Positions 1 through 13,759 of a stretch of 64,000 bases of DNA are shown one piece after another. The notes beneath the pieces are model-generated. The model was not told where the DNA came from. It searched no databases and saw nothing but the letters and a program-made list of their open reading frames with translations. Source of the stretch: Podarcis cretensis (Eukaryota); contig OX638153.1 in assembly GCA_951804945.1 (NCBI GenBank), positions 51,398,001 to 51,462,000 on the forward strand. Direction: 5' to 3'. The position numbers and the translations under genes are program-made. Numbering within the stretch: the first letter of the stretch is position 1; the number at the start of each line of letters is the position of its first letter.

Positions 1-1518
1 CCTGGATCCTCACTTCCTCCTCCATTTTATGCTCTCAGCAGGTACATGGAAGAGCTGCTGAGAAAAATAGTAGAGAGAGAATTGGCTTTCAGACGACAAC
101 ACTAAAAAAAAAAAAAAAGCTCCCTCCATGCTAATGGGAGTTAGTTTGACCACACCTGGAGGGTCACAGGTTTAGCCACCCATGCTTTGTGCATGAAGTC
201 AATTGCCACAGTGACTGGGAAGTAGAGCCCCACTGCTGGGCTGGGTGTACAGTGGATCACTGGCTCTACCCATCGTTTGTGTGGTTAAGATAGACCTGAA
301 TGCATTTGCTTGCATTCAGTGTGGTGGGTCCAAGCCTATGTCCCTACCAAATGAGATTAGACAGGCACCCTCCTTTCTGAACTCCAGGTGCATGGCAACA
401 GATGTCAGGCATTGTAAGGCAGGATTCGGTTTTATGATAATTTTGTGTTGTTTTATTTCTCTGCGTGGTCCTGCTGCCAGGTCCCATCTTGGGTTCTCTG
501 TGTGCAAAGGGCACTTTATTTGCATGCAGACCACAGAGAGAGGTTCTGGTTCATGGCAAATTGTCAGATAAGGCACCATATATTAAGAAATCCATTACCC
601 TTTCTATGTTGCAGGAACAGACTCACTTGGAAAAGACCAAAAGGCATCTAGGCGTGAGTCAGATTTTAAGAGGTCAGCAGTTTTGATAAGAAAAGGGAGT
701 TTGGGATGGCTCACAAATATACCACCAACCTCAAAAAAACCAGCTTCTTTGCATTCTTTCATTCCTGTTCACTGTTTTTCTCAACAACTTCTTTAGCAGA
801 TCCCTGGTCTATCATCACATATGACTTTCATACATGCACTGTATAAATTAATAATCAGATTGAAAGGTTATTTGAAGGACTTTCCATTAGATCAGAGATA
901 GGGAACCTGAGTTCCTCCCAGATGTTGTCTGACTCCCAGCTCTCAACATCTGGAGGGCCACAGGTCCATCCCCCTCACCCAAACTGGAGACTCCCTCTCC
1001 TTTAGCTTGCCACGGCCCAGGTCTCATTTCCCATGGAGATACCTAGATTTCATAGCCTCTTGAACAGAGTTTTCTGTTCCAAAGAAACAGCCTTTCTCCT
1101 GCCAGTTTTTTCAGTCTTATGCCACTGGAAAATGGGTGGTGAGTGGCATGAGTCTGAGTCTGCTTTTGGCCTTCTTTCTCATAGTATTTTTAGTGAAGGA
1201 ATGGACTTCCTGACCCCGTTGTTTGCACTGCTGTGTGTGAGAGCTCGGCATTGTTAGGCCACGGTATGCAAAGGGAGTACAATCCCATGCATGTTCCAGC
1301 TGTGATTATCTGATCTATTCCTATTTTGGGAATGGCTGGGTGTTTCCATGTCCCCTGAGCTTTCTCTGTTTTGCCTTCTCGCCTTCGTCTAATGTGCTTG
1401 GATTATGGGAAGATCTTGGATGTGTGTCAGAACCTTATTGTTGTTGTTTTGGTTTTAAGTGCCTTTAACCTAAAATGAATGGGTTCCTGCCGTCCCTCCT
1501 GCAAATATGTTTGTGGTA

Positions 1519-1806
1519 CAGTGGTGCCTCGCAAGACGAAAAGAATCCGTTCTGCGAGTCTCTTCGTCTTGCGGTTTTTTCGTCTTGCGAAGCAACCCTA
1601 TTAGCGGCTTAGCGGCTATTAGCGGCTTAGTGGCTTAGAAAAAGGGGGGGGGGAGCGAAAAAAATCGCAAGACTCGCAAGGCGTTTTCGTCTTGCGAAGC
1701 AAGCCCATAGGGAAATTCGTCTTGCGAAGCGCCTCGAAAAATGGAAAACCCTTTCGTCTAGCGGGTTTTTCGTCTTGCGAGGCATTCGTCTTGCGGGGCA
1801 CCACTG
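1519..1806. mobile_element. Tc1/mariner-superfamily MITE
   Basis: TA flanks, TIR CAGTGGTGCCTCGCAAGACGAA / TTCGTCTTGCGGGGCACCACTG, internal TTCGTCTTGCG repeats. Confidence 0.9.
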
Positions 1807-2436
1807 TATATTTGTGTGGCTGCATTTTCCCCCTTCCCCCTTAGATCCACCACCTGCCTCGTCCTCCCAGTTAACGTCTGTTTTAGCTCAGGACAGCTCC
1901 TCTCAAGGGCGATCATGCGCTTTAGTTTTATGGGAGCAGTAATGGGATTTCAGTACCAGGCTTAAGTCTTCCAGGTTGTGTAAAGGGTAACATAAAGGCA
2001 AGGGCATCCCTTTAGCAGACCACTGTTTAAACATCTGCATTACATCGGCGGACAGCAATAGTACATAGCCTAGCATGTAACTGTCATTTCCACCACCAGA
2101 AGAACTTAGGTAAAATGTTTAATTTTGCATATGTTGCATACTGTGACCATATGAAGATGCAGTATACCACATTCCACTTGTCCATTATTTTAACTTCCAG
2201 TGACTCTAGAACAGGGATGGGAAATGAGTTGTACTCACGGCTCCCATCAGTTCCAGACAGCATGGCCAATGGTCAGGGATGATGGGATGAATAGTCCAAC
2301 AACATCTAGAGCGCCACAGGTATTCAACCCCTACCCTTTTTTGTTTTTGTTTTTGTTTGTTACTTTGTTATGTATTTGTGTGTTTTTCTATTGTAAACCA
2401 CCCTTGGATGAAGGGTAGTATAACAATTTGAATAAT

Positions 2437-2944
2437 CAATCAATCAACCAACCAACCAACCTTTTTATTCGACCGTCAGTCAGAGAAAAGAATACAAATA
2501 CATTTGTCAATACACAGTTAAAACATCCAAGAAGATTTTAGAGCCTAGCCAACACTAAAAAGGCTAAAAAGATAGCCCCATGTCAATACAATCAATTATG
2601 GTCTTGCGAATAATCAAGACATCAATTCTATAAAACATATTTTGCTGCACTGTGCGAAATATGAGCAAGCCAGGGCTGAACTGATATTACCCTTGCTGGT
2701 ACCTTTCCTGGGAAAATCAGAGGCTCACTATGTCAGGTTCCTATTGGAAGACCGGACAAACGCTAGAACATTAGCAGTGGCGAAGTTTTTATCGGTGGTT
2801 GCAAAAACCAATGATCCCTATCTTTAAGTCTGAACAAAATGCTTTTTTAACCTGGAGGTAGGCTGTCTGAATTGTGCATTGCTTTGTAACGATTTGTTGG
2901 GTCTCTGGACTATAATAAAGATTGGTTGATTGATTGATTGATTG
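2437..2944. mobile_element. Two non-LTR retrotransposon 3' ends joined head-to-head
   Basis: Left part is antisense with an (AATC)n/(AACC)n tail and TTTATT. Right part is sense, with an LLHCAKY knuckle remnant, AATAAA and a (GATT)n tail. Flanked by ATTTGAATAAT on both sides. Confidence 0.7.
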
Positions 2945-5900
2945 ATTTGAATAATAATAATAATTCTCATAATGCTAAACTAGGGTTTAGAGTTGCACCC
3001 AAACCAGCCCATTGTTTGTAGTCTGCTCCTAAGTGTAGCTTACTTTCCAGCCATGTGGTTAAGTCTAGCATTTAGTATCCCTTCACAATTACATGGAAAT
3101 TCACAGAAGCAGAAAGATACTGAGAGGTAGGGATGCTGAGCTCACTGTATGGAAGGAGGCTAGCAGGGACAGCTTCCGCAATATGTGGGGCACATGCCAA
3201 GTGGATACAAGGTGGTTGCTGATTATCTGAATTGTCCCTAATGTACCTCAGCTAGCACCTGAGCTTTCTGGACCAAGCTTTCAAAATGCACAGAGTTCAA
3301 GTAGGCTCAAATCTTGCAGCCTTACATTCTACATATAACTGATCTCTTTTGTTATGGGTAGTACAATTCTATAAGAACGAGGAATCCACCCACCCCCCAA
3401 AAAAGCTTTCTTCTTGCTATTTAGGATGGGTTATTGCTTCTGAGAGTTGAAACTGAAGCATCTTCTGAAGTCATGGTGCTCTGACTAGCTGTATGTCAGA
3501 TGAAAATGAACCTGTGAAGTATCTCCCCAACTTAAAACTGTAGTGACTGGGAAAGATTAATTCCTGCCTCTACATGAAAAAGGTGGGAACCCTAATAACT
3601 GGAGGTTGAATGAAGTCCATGTTTAATATTCATTTTCAGCTCCTTTCCCTTTTGTTCAGGCTTTCCATCTTCCTCCTGTTTTCGTCGTAGATGTTACATA
3701 AATCTCTTTTGAATGCAGCTCAGACAATCAGACAATGGGGGCTTTCTGGAAACAAAATGTGTCACCTCAGTAATCTTCTGTCTCAGTATTATCAAAGAAG
3801 AGTTATACAAATAAAAAGAAAGGTGGAAATATTTTTGCGCGCTCTTGATCACTTATGTCTTGGGGGTGCGGGGAGTTGAAAAGAATGAGGAAAAGTTCAG
3901 TTTTTAATCATGGAAGCTTTGACACACATTTCATTCATGCATGCATATGTAAAAGCAAAGAGGTCTTTTAATCTAGGTTGAGTTTGCAGTAATGGAATCA
4001 AATTAAGCTCATGACCTGGTTCAGTCATTCTAGACTTGATAAACCATGGGTTGTAAAGCTGGGAATAAACAACTGAGACTCCTTTTGATACAGAAAACCT
4101 TGTTATAATTAATTAAAGTTTGCTACAGAAATGTAATTGGGAGTGGGGTAGCGCAGAGGCAGAGCTACTATCTTATATGCTGACACAGTCCTCGCATCTC
4201 CAAGTTGGGGTTGTGAAAGACTGCCATCTTAAATCCCTGCTGCCATTCAGCATGGGTAAGAAGTGGGAAACCAGTGGCCTTCCAGATATTATTGGGCTAC
4301 AGCTTCTCTCACCCCTGACCGTGGAACATGCTAGCTGAGGCAGATGGGACTTGGAGTTCAAGATAGCTTGATGGTCACAGGAACCCCAGCCCTGGTATAG
4401 ATGGCATTGAGTTAGAATAACCAATGCTCTACCTTGGTAAAAGGCCATTTTCTATGTATGTCAGAACAACATGACACTTGTAAAGTTAGTCCTCCTTCTG
4501 AAGCTACTTTGTATTTCCTTGCATTCTTTTTGTTTGTTTTCAGGTTATTTAGGGGGATCTTCTACCCCACTTGTTCATGTTCTGACTACTATTTTTGTTG
4601 GCTCATTTTGTACATTCTGGAATGTGCTTGCAGTGTGTGTATGTGTGTGTAGGCTACACATCCTCTGTTCACATGTAATGAACCAATGCTCCTCCGATCT
4701 TCATAGTTCTAAGCTCCCCATGCAGTTGAAGCTGAGTTGTGTCTGCTTCCGTGTCTGCATGTTGGCTAAAAATGGAATGTGTGGTTTACCTTAAGTACAA
4801 ACAGAAAATAAACAGCTATGACTACAAGTGTGCTCTTCTCGGGAGCTATTTGCTGTATGTACCATGTTTTGGTATTACGATGGTTGGACATCAGCTTATA
4901 TTTAAATATACAGAGTGTTTTCAACTAACTTTTACTCAGAGTAGACCCACTGAAACAGAGGAACTTGACTAAGTTAGGTCCATTAATTTAAATGGAACTT
5001 AGTTGTATACCACCCATAGTTCTTGTTGTACAAGCATATGCTCCACTGAGTGTCTTGAATTAATGTCCTCTTTGATGTGCCCAGCTACAAGTAGACTACA
5101 TATAGGCAAGGCCAGTGTTTCCCAACCGGGGGCCATATGGCCCCCTAGGGCCCCATGGATATTCTAGGGGAGCCCCAGGATATTCCAAGGAGGCCCCAGG
5201 TGAAAAATGTGTAAATGGGGGGCCATAGCCTGAGGCTAGGGGGCCGCAGAGGAAAGTGAGAAGTGAAGGGGGGGGGGGAAGGAAAAAATATGTATGAAAA
5301 TCCTGATTGGCTGGTTACCCTCTTGGCCAATCACAAGCTGGTAAGGGGGTAGCCCACCAGGACCTAGCGCTCCTTTTTGCCACGTGCATTTTCTTGGCAC
5401 AGTGCTGGTTTGTTTCGGGCAGGAGAGGGCGATAGCTGAGACTCCTGCTTCTTCTTTCCTGGTGTCTTTTGTTCAGATCAAAATGTGTGTTTTGAGCAAG
5501 GTCTCAAGGCTCAATAATTTTTGCACTTCAATTGTACTGTCAGTTTGCTTTGAGATTTTCATGAGACAATAAAAAAAAAAAGAAATCCTGTCTGCCCTGC
5601 TCCTAAAATAGGATAGTGACGTTACCCAGCTTCCAAGTTTTAATTTAGATATTGGCTTTCAAGTCCTCTGAAGATTGAAGAAACAATATATTTTTGTTCC
5701 CCAATATGTAATGATTATTTAAGGGTGTTTCCTGTTTTGTAAGATAATAACTACATCCTGGGTTGAATTAAGCCTGAAACTGAAAGGAGTTGTTCCAGAT
5801 CATTATTAAGAAACTAAGCAGAAGTAATCTCCAGTTACTTGTGTTTTTCCCCCTTGCAGCTGAAATTTTTAAAGCAATGTGTGTGACCCTTCAGAGGTAT

Positions 5901-8869
5901 CAGTTTTGTCTGTTTCCTGCAAAAGTAAAATCTGTTTGTACTGGTTCTAGATAGCAGTGACCCACCAAGAAACAGCCATGATACCTAGAATGTGAACCTT
6001 CACTAGACTAAGATATTCAGAATGGGGTTTATTAAAACTGAATTGAGGTGTCTCCCTTTACAGAAAACCTGTGAGTCTCTTAACATCCTAATGCCACTAG
6101 AGTTTAGGGATAGCTTCTCTGTATTGGGCACAAAAGTGAACATACAGTAAACCATTAAGTTTGTTTGGAGCGTTAAGTTACAGGCTAGGTGCTAACAATA
6201 TTTTCATGGCTGTCTGTTTTGTCTTCCTTTGTCTTCCATTAGCACCATAGGACAGGTGTGGCTAACCTGTGTACCTCTAGATCAATAGGCCTCCACAGAC
6301 CACTTGAAAATTGCTGAGGGACTTGGCAGATTTTTCTGCCTATTTTTACATTCTGTGAACCACCTGAATGAAGGTCGTGGACCACTGCTGGTCCGCAGAC
6401 TACAATTTGGAAATCCCTACTGTAGATGCTGTTGGACTACAACTCCCATCAATAATGTCTCAAATTCTGATGTTTGAATAGCTGAACCATTAAATTTTAC
6501 TTATTATTGACAGGGTGGTTTGACTACATAGTAATTTATAGACTTCTCAGCAGCTTTGATCATTTCAGGCTTCTTATTAAAAGACTTAATTCTTACATTG
6601 ATTCACCTATCTGGATGGAAGATCTTAAGTCATGTGAGATGGGTCTTCCAGTCAAGCACCTCCACATTTCTCTCTGTGACCTTTGGGTTAGGTTCAGACC
6701 AAGCTGTAGAACTGAACTCTGCTGACTTCTGCCAATTCTGAATTTGGAAAGTGAGAAGAGCTTCAGAAACTGTCTCTAGAGGCAGTCCTTAAATTACAGT
6801 GTACAATGTAAGCAATAATCAAACAGTGATGCTGAGAAAAGAGAAATCACTAAATTACAGTTGAGCTGCAATAATCTCTTGGAGGTTTGTTAGTGCAAAA
6901 TAGAGATTAAAGAGTAAAACATAAGCATCAAATGTTTCAAGAAGGCTTGAGTTAATGAGTGTTACTGACAGAGCACAAACACATTCATCAGCAGTTTTTT
7001 AGGGTTTTTTTGCCAATGATTTTTATGCTGAAACACTGCATAAAAACAATAACCTAGCTCTTAAATCCAGGGCAAGATTAGTGATACCTTCAGAGTGTTT
7101 TATCTAATGGCCTTTTAGAGGTTTAATGCAACTTCTCATTCTCTCTAGATAATAGGCTTCTGTTTATATAAAACAAAGTCTGGGCTAGGCTAAGTAACAA
7201 AATCTCTTCTATCCGATAAATGGCTGTTTTGCTACGTCTGGGACTTCAGGGCAGTTAAAGGCCACCTTCAGTGTTACTTTTTAAAGATGCAGATGCAAGC
7301 ATCTGTGTCTTAAAATACATACATGTACATTTGTCAGACTCTGGATACTTTCCCACAAAATATGTATCCTTGTTGAGAAGTGGGTTTGTGCTATATTTGC
7401 TACCTCCTGGGCTTGAGCCAGACTTAGTCATGCTTAGAGTAGACTGCACATGGGGAACCTGTGGCCTTCCAGATATTGTGAGACTATAACTTCTATCCTC
7501 CATGACCACTGATTATGCTGCCTGGACATTATGGGAGTTTTGAGCCCCAGAACATCCCCAGCCCTGGAGGGGTGCGTTGAAATCAGTAGGACTTAAGTTC
7601 GTGATGAATAATGTGTGCCATTTATTTCAGTGTGTTTTCTCTAAGCATGGCTAGATCTGGATCCAACCCAAGATGTTTTCTCACCTCTTGCTATGTGAGC
7701 ACAGTCACATTTTTGTCTCAGTGTCAGCAGCCCTTAATAAAGCACAAGGACATGGTTGCTGGTTTAAGTCTTTGAAGAACATTTACAAATAACAGACTGT
7801 TTTATGCACTCAGTCACATCCTACTGCCCATGCACTGCATGGTGTATGTGGGGAAGTTAAGGGTTTGAAAGCTTGTACAGCTCAACTATTCACACAGACA
7901 AGTATAGAAATTGTATAGGGAAGTGCCATATCTCAGTGGCAGAGTATCCAGGTTTAATCCCCAGCATCTTCAGGTAGAACTGGGAGAGAAGCCTGTCTGA
8001 AACGATGGAGAGTTGCTATCTGACAGTCTAGACATTACTGAGCTAGTAAAAACTTGCTATGTTCTATGTACACTCATTGCATGTAACATACGCACAAGGC
8101 AAACAGAATCCACCCCAAATCCATAATTACGTAAATTCAAACTATTCAGACATTTTTAATTTGTGTGCTACTAGGTCAGATTTGATGGTGGGAAAATTAT
8201 ATGTTTCTGAATTATTAATTGGTATGCTGGCTTTTAAAATAGCTGGTCATTTGCCAGTGAATACACTGATAAAGAAAACTGCACTGCAGTGAAACACGTG
8301 CAATTCTTTTCCCCAATTCTTTTTTTTAAAAAATCTACAAGGATTTTAATTACAAGTGTTTACAGTGATGGAGAATATGATGGTGTTTGATTCAACAAGA
8401 AAGGCAGGCTTACAGAGTGAGTTATACTGTGAGGAAATAAATTTAGTTAGGAGCAGTTACCATCACTTGTAAAATATTTGTTTTCCCTGACCAGGCAACC
8501 ATTTTTTCTTTAATGTCCATAATTGCCATTTGTGTGGCAAAGAACTGATTAGTTACAACCCCGGCTAGAATGCCATCAAGCTGCTTGTTGTTGGTTTAAC
8601 ATAGAATTTCAAGTCATAGCTACATTGTAGAACAAAGGGAAAGAATATGTGATCACAAAAGTTCCTTTATTTTCCTGGATAGAATGTGAAATAAAATTTT
8701 TGCTGGCAAGTTCGTTCTCCTTCTGCAATATACCGCTCTATTCTAATTTCTGATATTCATACCTGTTTGATGCATCTACTTCCCCTTTTTCCTATCTGTC
8801 ACCTGGTTTCTGTGCCTGTAATATGCGAGAAGGCATGTCAAGCCTGTGGCTCCTAGAAGCTGTCTTCAT

Positions 8870-9566
8870 TCAATAGTGGCCACACCCTGGGAAGCAGCTT
8901 TGATTGGCTGGATAAACCAGGTGAGGATGGGTCTCAAACCCTTGGTGAGTTAAGAAGGCTACTGCGGATTGAGCAGATATGATCAATAGTGGTTCCAACA
9001 GTCAAGAACGCAGTTTATGCACATGCTGTGGAGCAGCCGTTCTTAAGCTGTAGGTCCCCAGATGTTGTGTTGGACTACAACTCCCATCATCTCTGAGCTC
9101 TGGCCTTGCTAGCTAGGGGTGATGGGAGTTGTAGTTCAACATCTGGGGACCCACAGGTTGAGAAAGGCTGCTGTGGAGGGAAGTGGGGGGCAGATGGGGC
9201 TCATCAACCTGGGACTCTAGGAGAAGGAAAACTCTGATGCTAAACCTCCACTGCCTTACAGGATATATTTGGGAGAAGAAAAGGCTTAGGAAGTAAACCC
9301 TACACAAATAGAGGGGATTTGGATGGCACCTTGTATGCCTCCTTTCAGCAACTCCTGCAGCCAAGCTGTTGCCAAACATATTTCTCTGCTTTCCTTTGGG
9401 CCACATCAGCGAGGCCGAGAAGGAGGTCCTGCTGTCTGAGCAGCCCATACACACTGCCCAGGCTTGTGCCCCAGAAAGGTCACTTCAGTGCTGCTAATGC
9501 AGCAGTTTGACTTCACCCCCAGAGGCACACTCCATTCTCTCTTGAGACAGGTGGATGCCAACAACA
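8870..9566 (+). mobile_element. Decayed non-autonomous RTE/Vingi-like retroelement containing a nested MITE
   Basis: Has the CTAGGAGAAGGAAAACTCTG motif recalled from RTE/Vingi-type 5' regions and a CAACAACA end; boundaries approximate. Confidence 0.45.
9034..9170. mobile_element. hAT-type palindromic MITE
   Basis: CAG...CTG ends, GGACTACAACTCCCATCA core palindrome, perfect 8-bp TSD CTGTGGAG. Confidence 0.9.
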
Positions 9567-12430
9567 TGTGAGGTCTTTAGCCCACACACTGCAGTAGTTA
9601 GTGTACAGAAAGCTGAAGTTCACCACTCCCCACTGCTCCACAAGTATCTGCACTGATGGCAAGACACTAACCCTACTTTTAATGATGTCATAGAAGGACC
9701 ATATATCTCTGCCAAAGGCAGAATGTTTGGTATCCAATGCATGTACATTCTCAACCTTGGTGAGGAAGCAAATGGGACCACCATCAAGTTGATGTTGTCT
9801 TCTCCATGTAGAGTTTTTTGGAGCTGGTAAACGTGCCACAATATGCTGGGTTGATTTTGCTGGAGGAAAAAGTTGTCAGAAGCTGAGACAGCACTTGGAC
9901 AGCCAAAGGCTTTGAGTCAACTTTCGGATGTCAAGCTTTCTAGCAAAAAAAGAGGAAGCATTGTTAAGAAGGGGAAGTTTGCTTCCAGTCAAAAATTCAA
10001 ACCTCAGGCTAAGGATGTTAATCTGGGGAACCCTCCCTGTGCTGTGATCTGAATCCAGAGCAAAACTACAAGCAAAGGCTCAGAATGGAAAACTGGGCGT
10101 CACTTATTTATGAAGGATCTCACTATATTAATTTTGAGAATTGCAATAAGGCACTTGGAAGAATGTGATTGTTCATAGTGTGGGAGCAGGGGACAGGAGT
10201 GCCGTTCCTTCATTGAGCCTTCTGGGCATTTTTCAAGCACTTTCTCTCTTTTCTCTTTTCCGCTTCTTGAGTCCTCCCACCACCCTGTGAAGGAGGAGGG
10301 GAGCCAGTCTGTCATTTGTTCAGCAAACTGGAAAGCCTTGTCTGCCTTTTCTGCTGTCTCTTACTTAAAGTTCAGAGTTCCTGGTTTAGAGATGACAGTT
10401 CATCAATAAGATGATTGTCCAGACTTCCAGAATGGCCCATATTGTGCTGGTTGGGTTCAGCAGTTGGGCACTCTGCCCACAAGCAACAAGGCCCATTGTC
10501 TCCCTCGCCATGTTTCATGTTGTATAGGAAGACAAGGCCAAACTGTTCAAATAGGAGTTTCCAAAACCAGACATTAAATCTTTCTGAGGTATGATTAGAG
10601 TTGCTGGAATTGCTTTCACCGTCGTTATTGCACAATAAATGCATATTAGATGTTCATTTGTTGCTTTGTGAGGTGTTGCACTTCTCCCAAGTTTGCCCCC
10701 TTTGTTGCAAGATTCTCACATTTTCCTCAAAGCACCTAAACTGCAAAATTCTGTACCTTGGACAAATGCTATGCTTTCCACAGATTCTTGGCTGTTGAAA
10801 CTGACAAGGCTAATATTTTTTTTGATGGATGCTTTGAGATTGGAAAGTCCCTTGTGCGGGTGGAGGGGGAGGAAGGAATTCTGTGTGCTCTCCTGCAGAT
10901 GTCCTGTGAACAATAGATACTGTCTTCCTCATCCATTCTAGTTGGCTTGGCTTGTGTAGTTCGCACCAGGCAAGCAAGAGGCATTATCACACTGCAAAGA
11001 CATATTGCAGCTAGGCAAAAGCACCCAAGGAGTGTTGATGAGGGGTGTGGGCTGGGGAGAGTCCTGAGGACCAAATGGAAACCCATGGAAGCATTTGGTC
11101 TGAGGGTCCACATCCATGTACTAGAGCCTAGTGGGCAACCATAAACGGTTGGGAGAATTTGGTTAAGCTAGGGTGTTTTGGACTGGGCCAGGTTATTGAG
11201 GGTATTTCAGTTGTCATCTTGGTTGAAATCTTACTACTTTTCAATAACTCACCTAAACCTTGCTTTCATGTTCTCCTGTTCATGTGTTCAATCAGTGCAT
11301 GGAAAGGAGTGGGATTTTGTCCACTGGCCCCACCCCTCAGCCTTGATGTGCCTGTCAGTCCTGACCTCTGCATGTCATGTGGAATGTAAGAACAGGATTG
11401 AAGCACTTAGAACTGTAGATGCCTAAGGCCTGTATGTATTTGGGAACCCTGGCATAACCATAGTTCCTGGCTGAAGACCTGGGAGCGCACACGCAGGGTC
11501 CATGATTCTGCTCCCCTCTGTGCATGCAGAGTTGACCATTGGGTTCCACAGGCATAGCCTAGAGCAGAGGTGGGGATTCAGTCCATGGGTTGTATCTGGT
11601 CCACAGTGTTACCTCTGGTCTTTCAGTAAATTCAGCCAGCTCTGAAGTCTCTGGGAAGCAGTGCTGAAGCACAAGCACACATCCCACAAGTACTGTTAGG
11701 CAGATGTGTCGGTGTGTGTGTGAGATGAGAGAATGTGTTCAGAGACAGGTAGAGTTGGCTCAAGTCTGTGGTCACTGTGCAGTGAAGCTTTGGCAGGGGG
11801 TTCAGGGGGAGGAGTAGACAGCCCAAAGGGAGACCAGTTGGCCAACGTTGAATCATGTGGACCAGAGTAGGGAGGAATGCTTAGAAGGCTTCTCAAATAG
11901 GCTTTGAAAATGCCCTTGAGAGCTGTTTCTGTCTGGCTCACCTGACAAGGCTGGATCAGGCCCCGAGCATTGTGTTTTCTGTGGGCCAGGGGTCCCTAAT
12001 GGAGAAAAAAACTCCCTTCACCACCAGTCTAAATGCATGTGATGCAACAACATTGGTAAAAGTAAGCTGACTGGGATCTGGTGATGATCTGAATGCAGGG
12101 TCATATCGGGGAATCCCATGAATTCCCTGGGAAAAGGTGAGATATAAATGTAATAAATAAACAAACAACTTCCTTTTATAAAAAAAAGAAACTGACTAGA
12201 GAAGTATCTACATTATTTAGCGTTGCAAGTTCTGTCTTGTTATTGCAGATTTCTGCATCATAATCTTCTGTGAACTGCCTTGAAATCTTTGGATGAAAGG
12301 TGGTATAAAAATTAAACAAACAAAGAAACAAACAAAACTGATTATCCAACGTTCCAGTAAACCATGTTTTATTGAGTCTTTCTCAGTCTGTCTGTGTTTC
12401 CTGGTATATATTGTCAGTGTTGAGCTTATA

Positions 12431-13759
12431 CAGTGAGATGGGAAAGTATTTGATCCCTGGCTAAATTTGCCTGTTTGCCCTCTGACGAAGAAATGACCAG
12501 TCCATAATTTTAATGGTAGGTATATAGTAGCTGTGAGAGACAGAAAACCCCCAGAAACCCAGAGCACAAAAGTCAGAGATTGATGTGTATTGTAATGAGT
12601 GAAATAAATACTTGATCTCTTTGCAAAAGATGGCTTAGTACTTGGTGGCAAAACCCTTGTTGGCAATTACAGAGGTCAGATGTTTCTTGTAGGTGGCCAC
12701 CAGGTTTGCACACATCTCAGGAGGTATTTTGTCCCACTCCTCTTTGCAGATCCTCTCCAAGTCAGTAAGATTTCGAGGGTGATGTGTAGCTACTCGAACC
12801 TTCAGCTTCTTCCACAGATTTTTGATGAGATTAAGGTTTGGAGACTGGCTAGGCCACTCCAGAACCTTAATGTGCTTCTTCTTGAGCCACTCCTTTGTTG
12901 CCTTGGCCGTGTGTTTTGAGTCATTATCATGCTGGAACGCCCATCCTCAACCCATTTTCAATGCCCTGGCCGAGTGAAGGAGGTGCTTACCCAAGATTTG
13001 ACGATACATGATCCTGTCCATTGTCCCTTCGATGCGGTGAAGGTGTCCTATCCCCTTAGCAGAAAAACAGCCCCAAAGCATAATATGTCTGTTTTCATGG
13101 TGACTATGGTCCCAGCTGCCCTGAGATCATTGACAAGTTCCCCCCGTGTAGTTCTGGGTTGCTTCATCACCATTCTCCTGATCATTGCAACTCCATGAGA
13201 TGAGATCTTGCATTGAACCCCAGACCGAGGGAGGTTGACAGTTATTTTGTGTTTCTCCCATTTGTGAATTATTGCACCAGCTGTTGTCACATTCTCACCA
13301 AGCTGCTTGGCAATAGTCTTGTAGCCCAGTCCAGCCTTGTGCAGGTCTACAATCTTGTCCCTGACATCCTTGGACACCTCTTTGGTCTCGGTCATGGTGG
13401 CTACTTTGGAATCTGCTGGATTGATTGCTTCTGTCGACAGGTGTCTTAACGAGCTGGGATTACAGGTAAGACCTCTCCCTTACAGCAGCTTCTTCTAATC
13501 TCAGCTCGTTACATACAGTGAAGATACCAGGTAACCTGACATCTGGCTGGTTGATAGGGGATCAAATACTTATTTCACTCATTATAATTCACATCAATCT
13601 CTGACTTTTGTCTTCTGGGTTTCTGGGGGTTTTCCTGTTGTTATTCTGTCTCTCACAGCTAAAATACACCTGCCATTAAAATTATGGACTGGTCATTACT
13701 TCGTCAGAGGGCAAATGGGCAAATTTAGCAGGGGATCAAATACTTTCCCCCCCTCACTG
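12431..13759 (-). mobile_element. Tc1-family DNA transposon (IR/DR type), internally deleted and defective
   Basis: TA|CAGTG...CACTG|TA ends, about 200-bp TIRs with an inner/outer repeat (AAGTATTTGATCCC-like), and a transposase remnant on the - strand. Confidence 0.95.
12635..13395 (-). pseudogene. Tc1 transposase pseudogene
   Basis: [22 protein letters not shown]...LPRSG (HTH region), then a jump to a WGCFS-type motif, [20 protein letters not shown] (catalytic E replaced by K) and ...GFATKY*. Confidence 0.9.

Noticed and set aside
9570-9960. Coding-looking stretch, possibly a decayed transposase or processed pseudogene
   Set aside because: No frame gives a motif I can identify and stops interrupt it; a BLASTX/HMM search would be needed.
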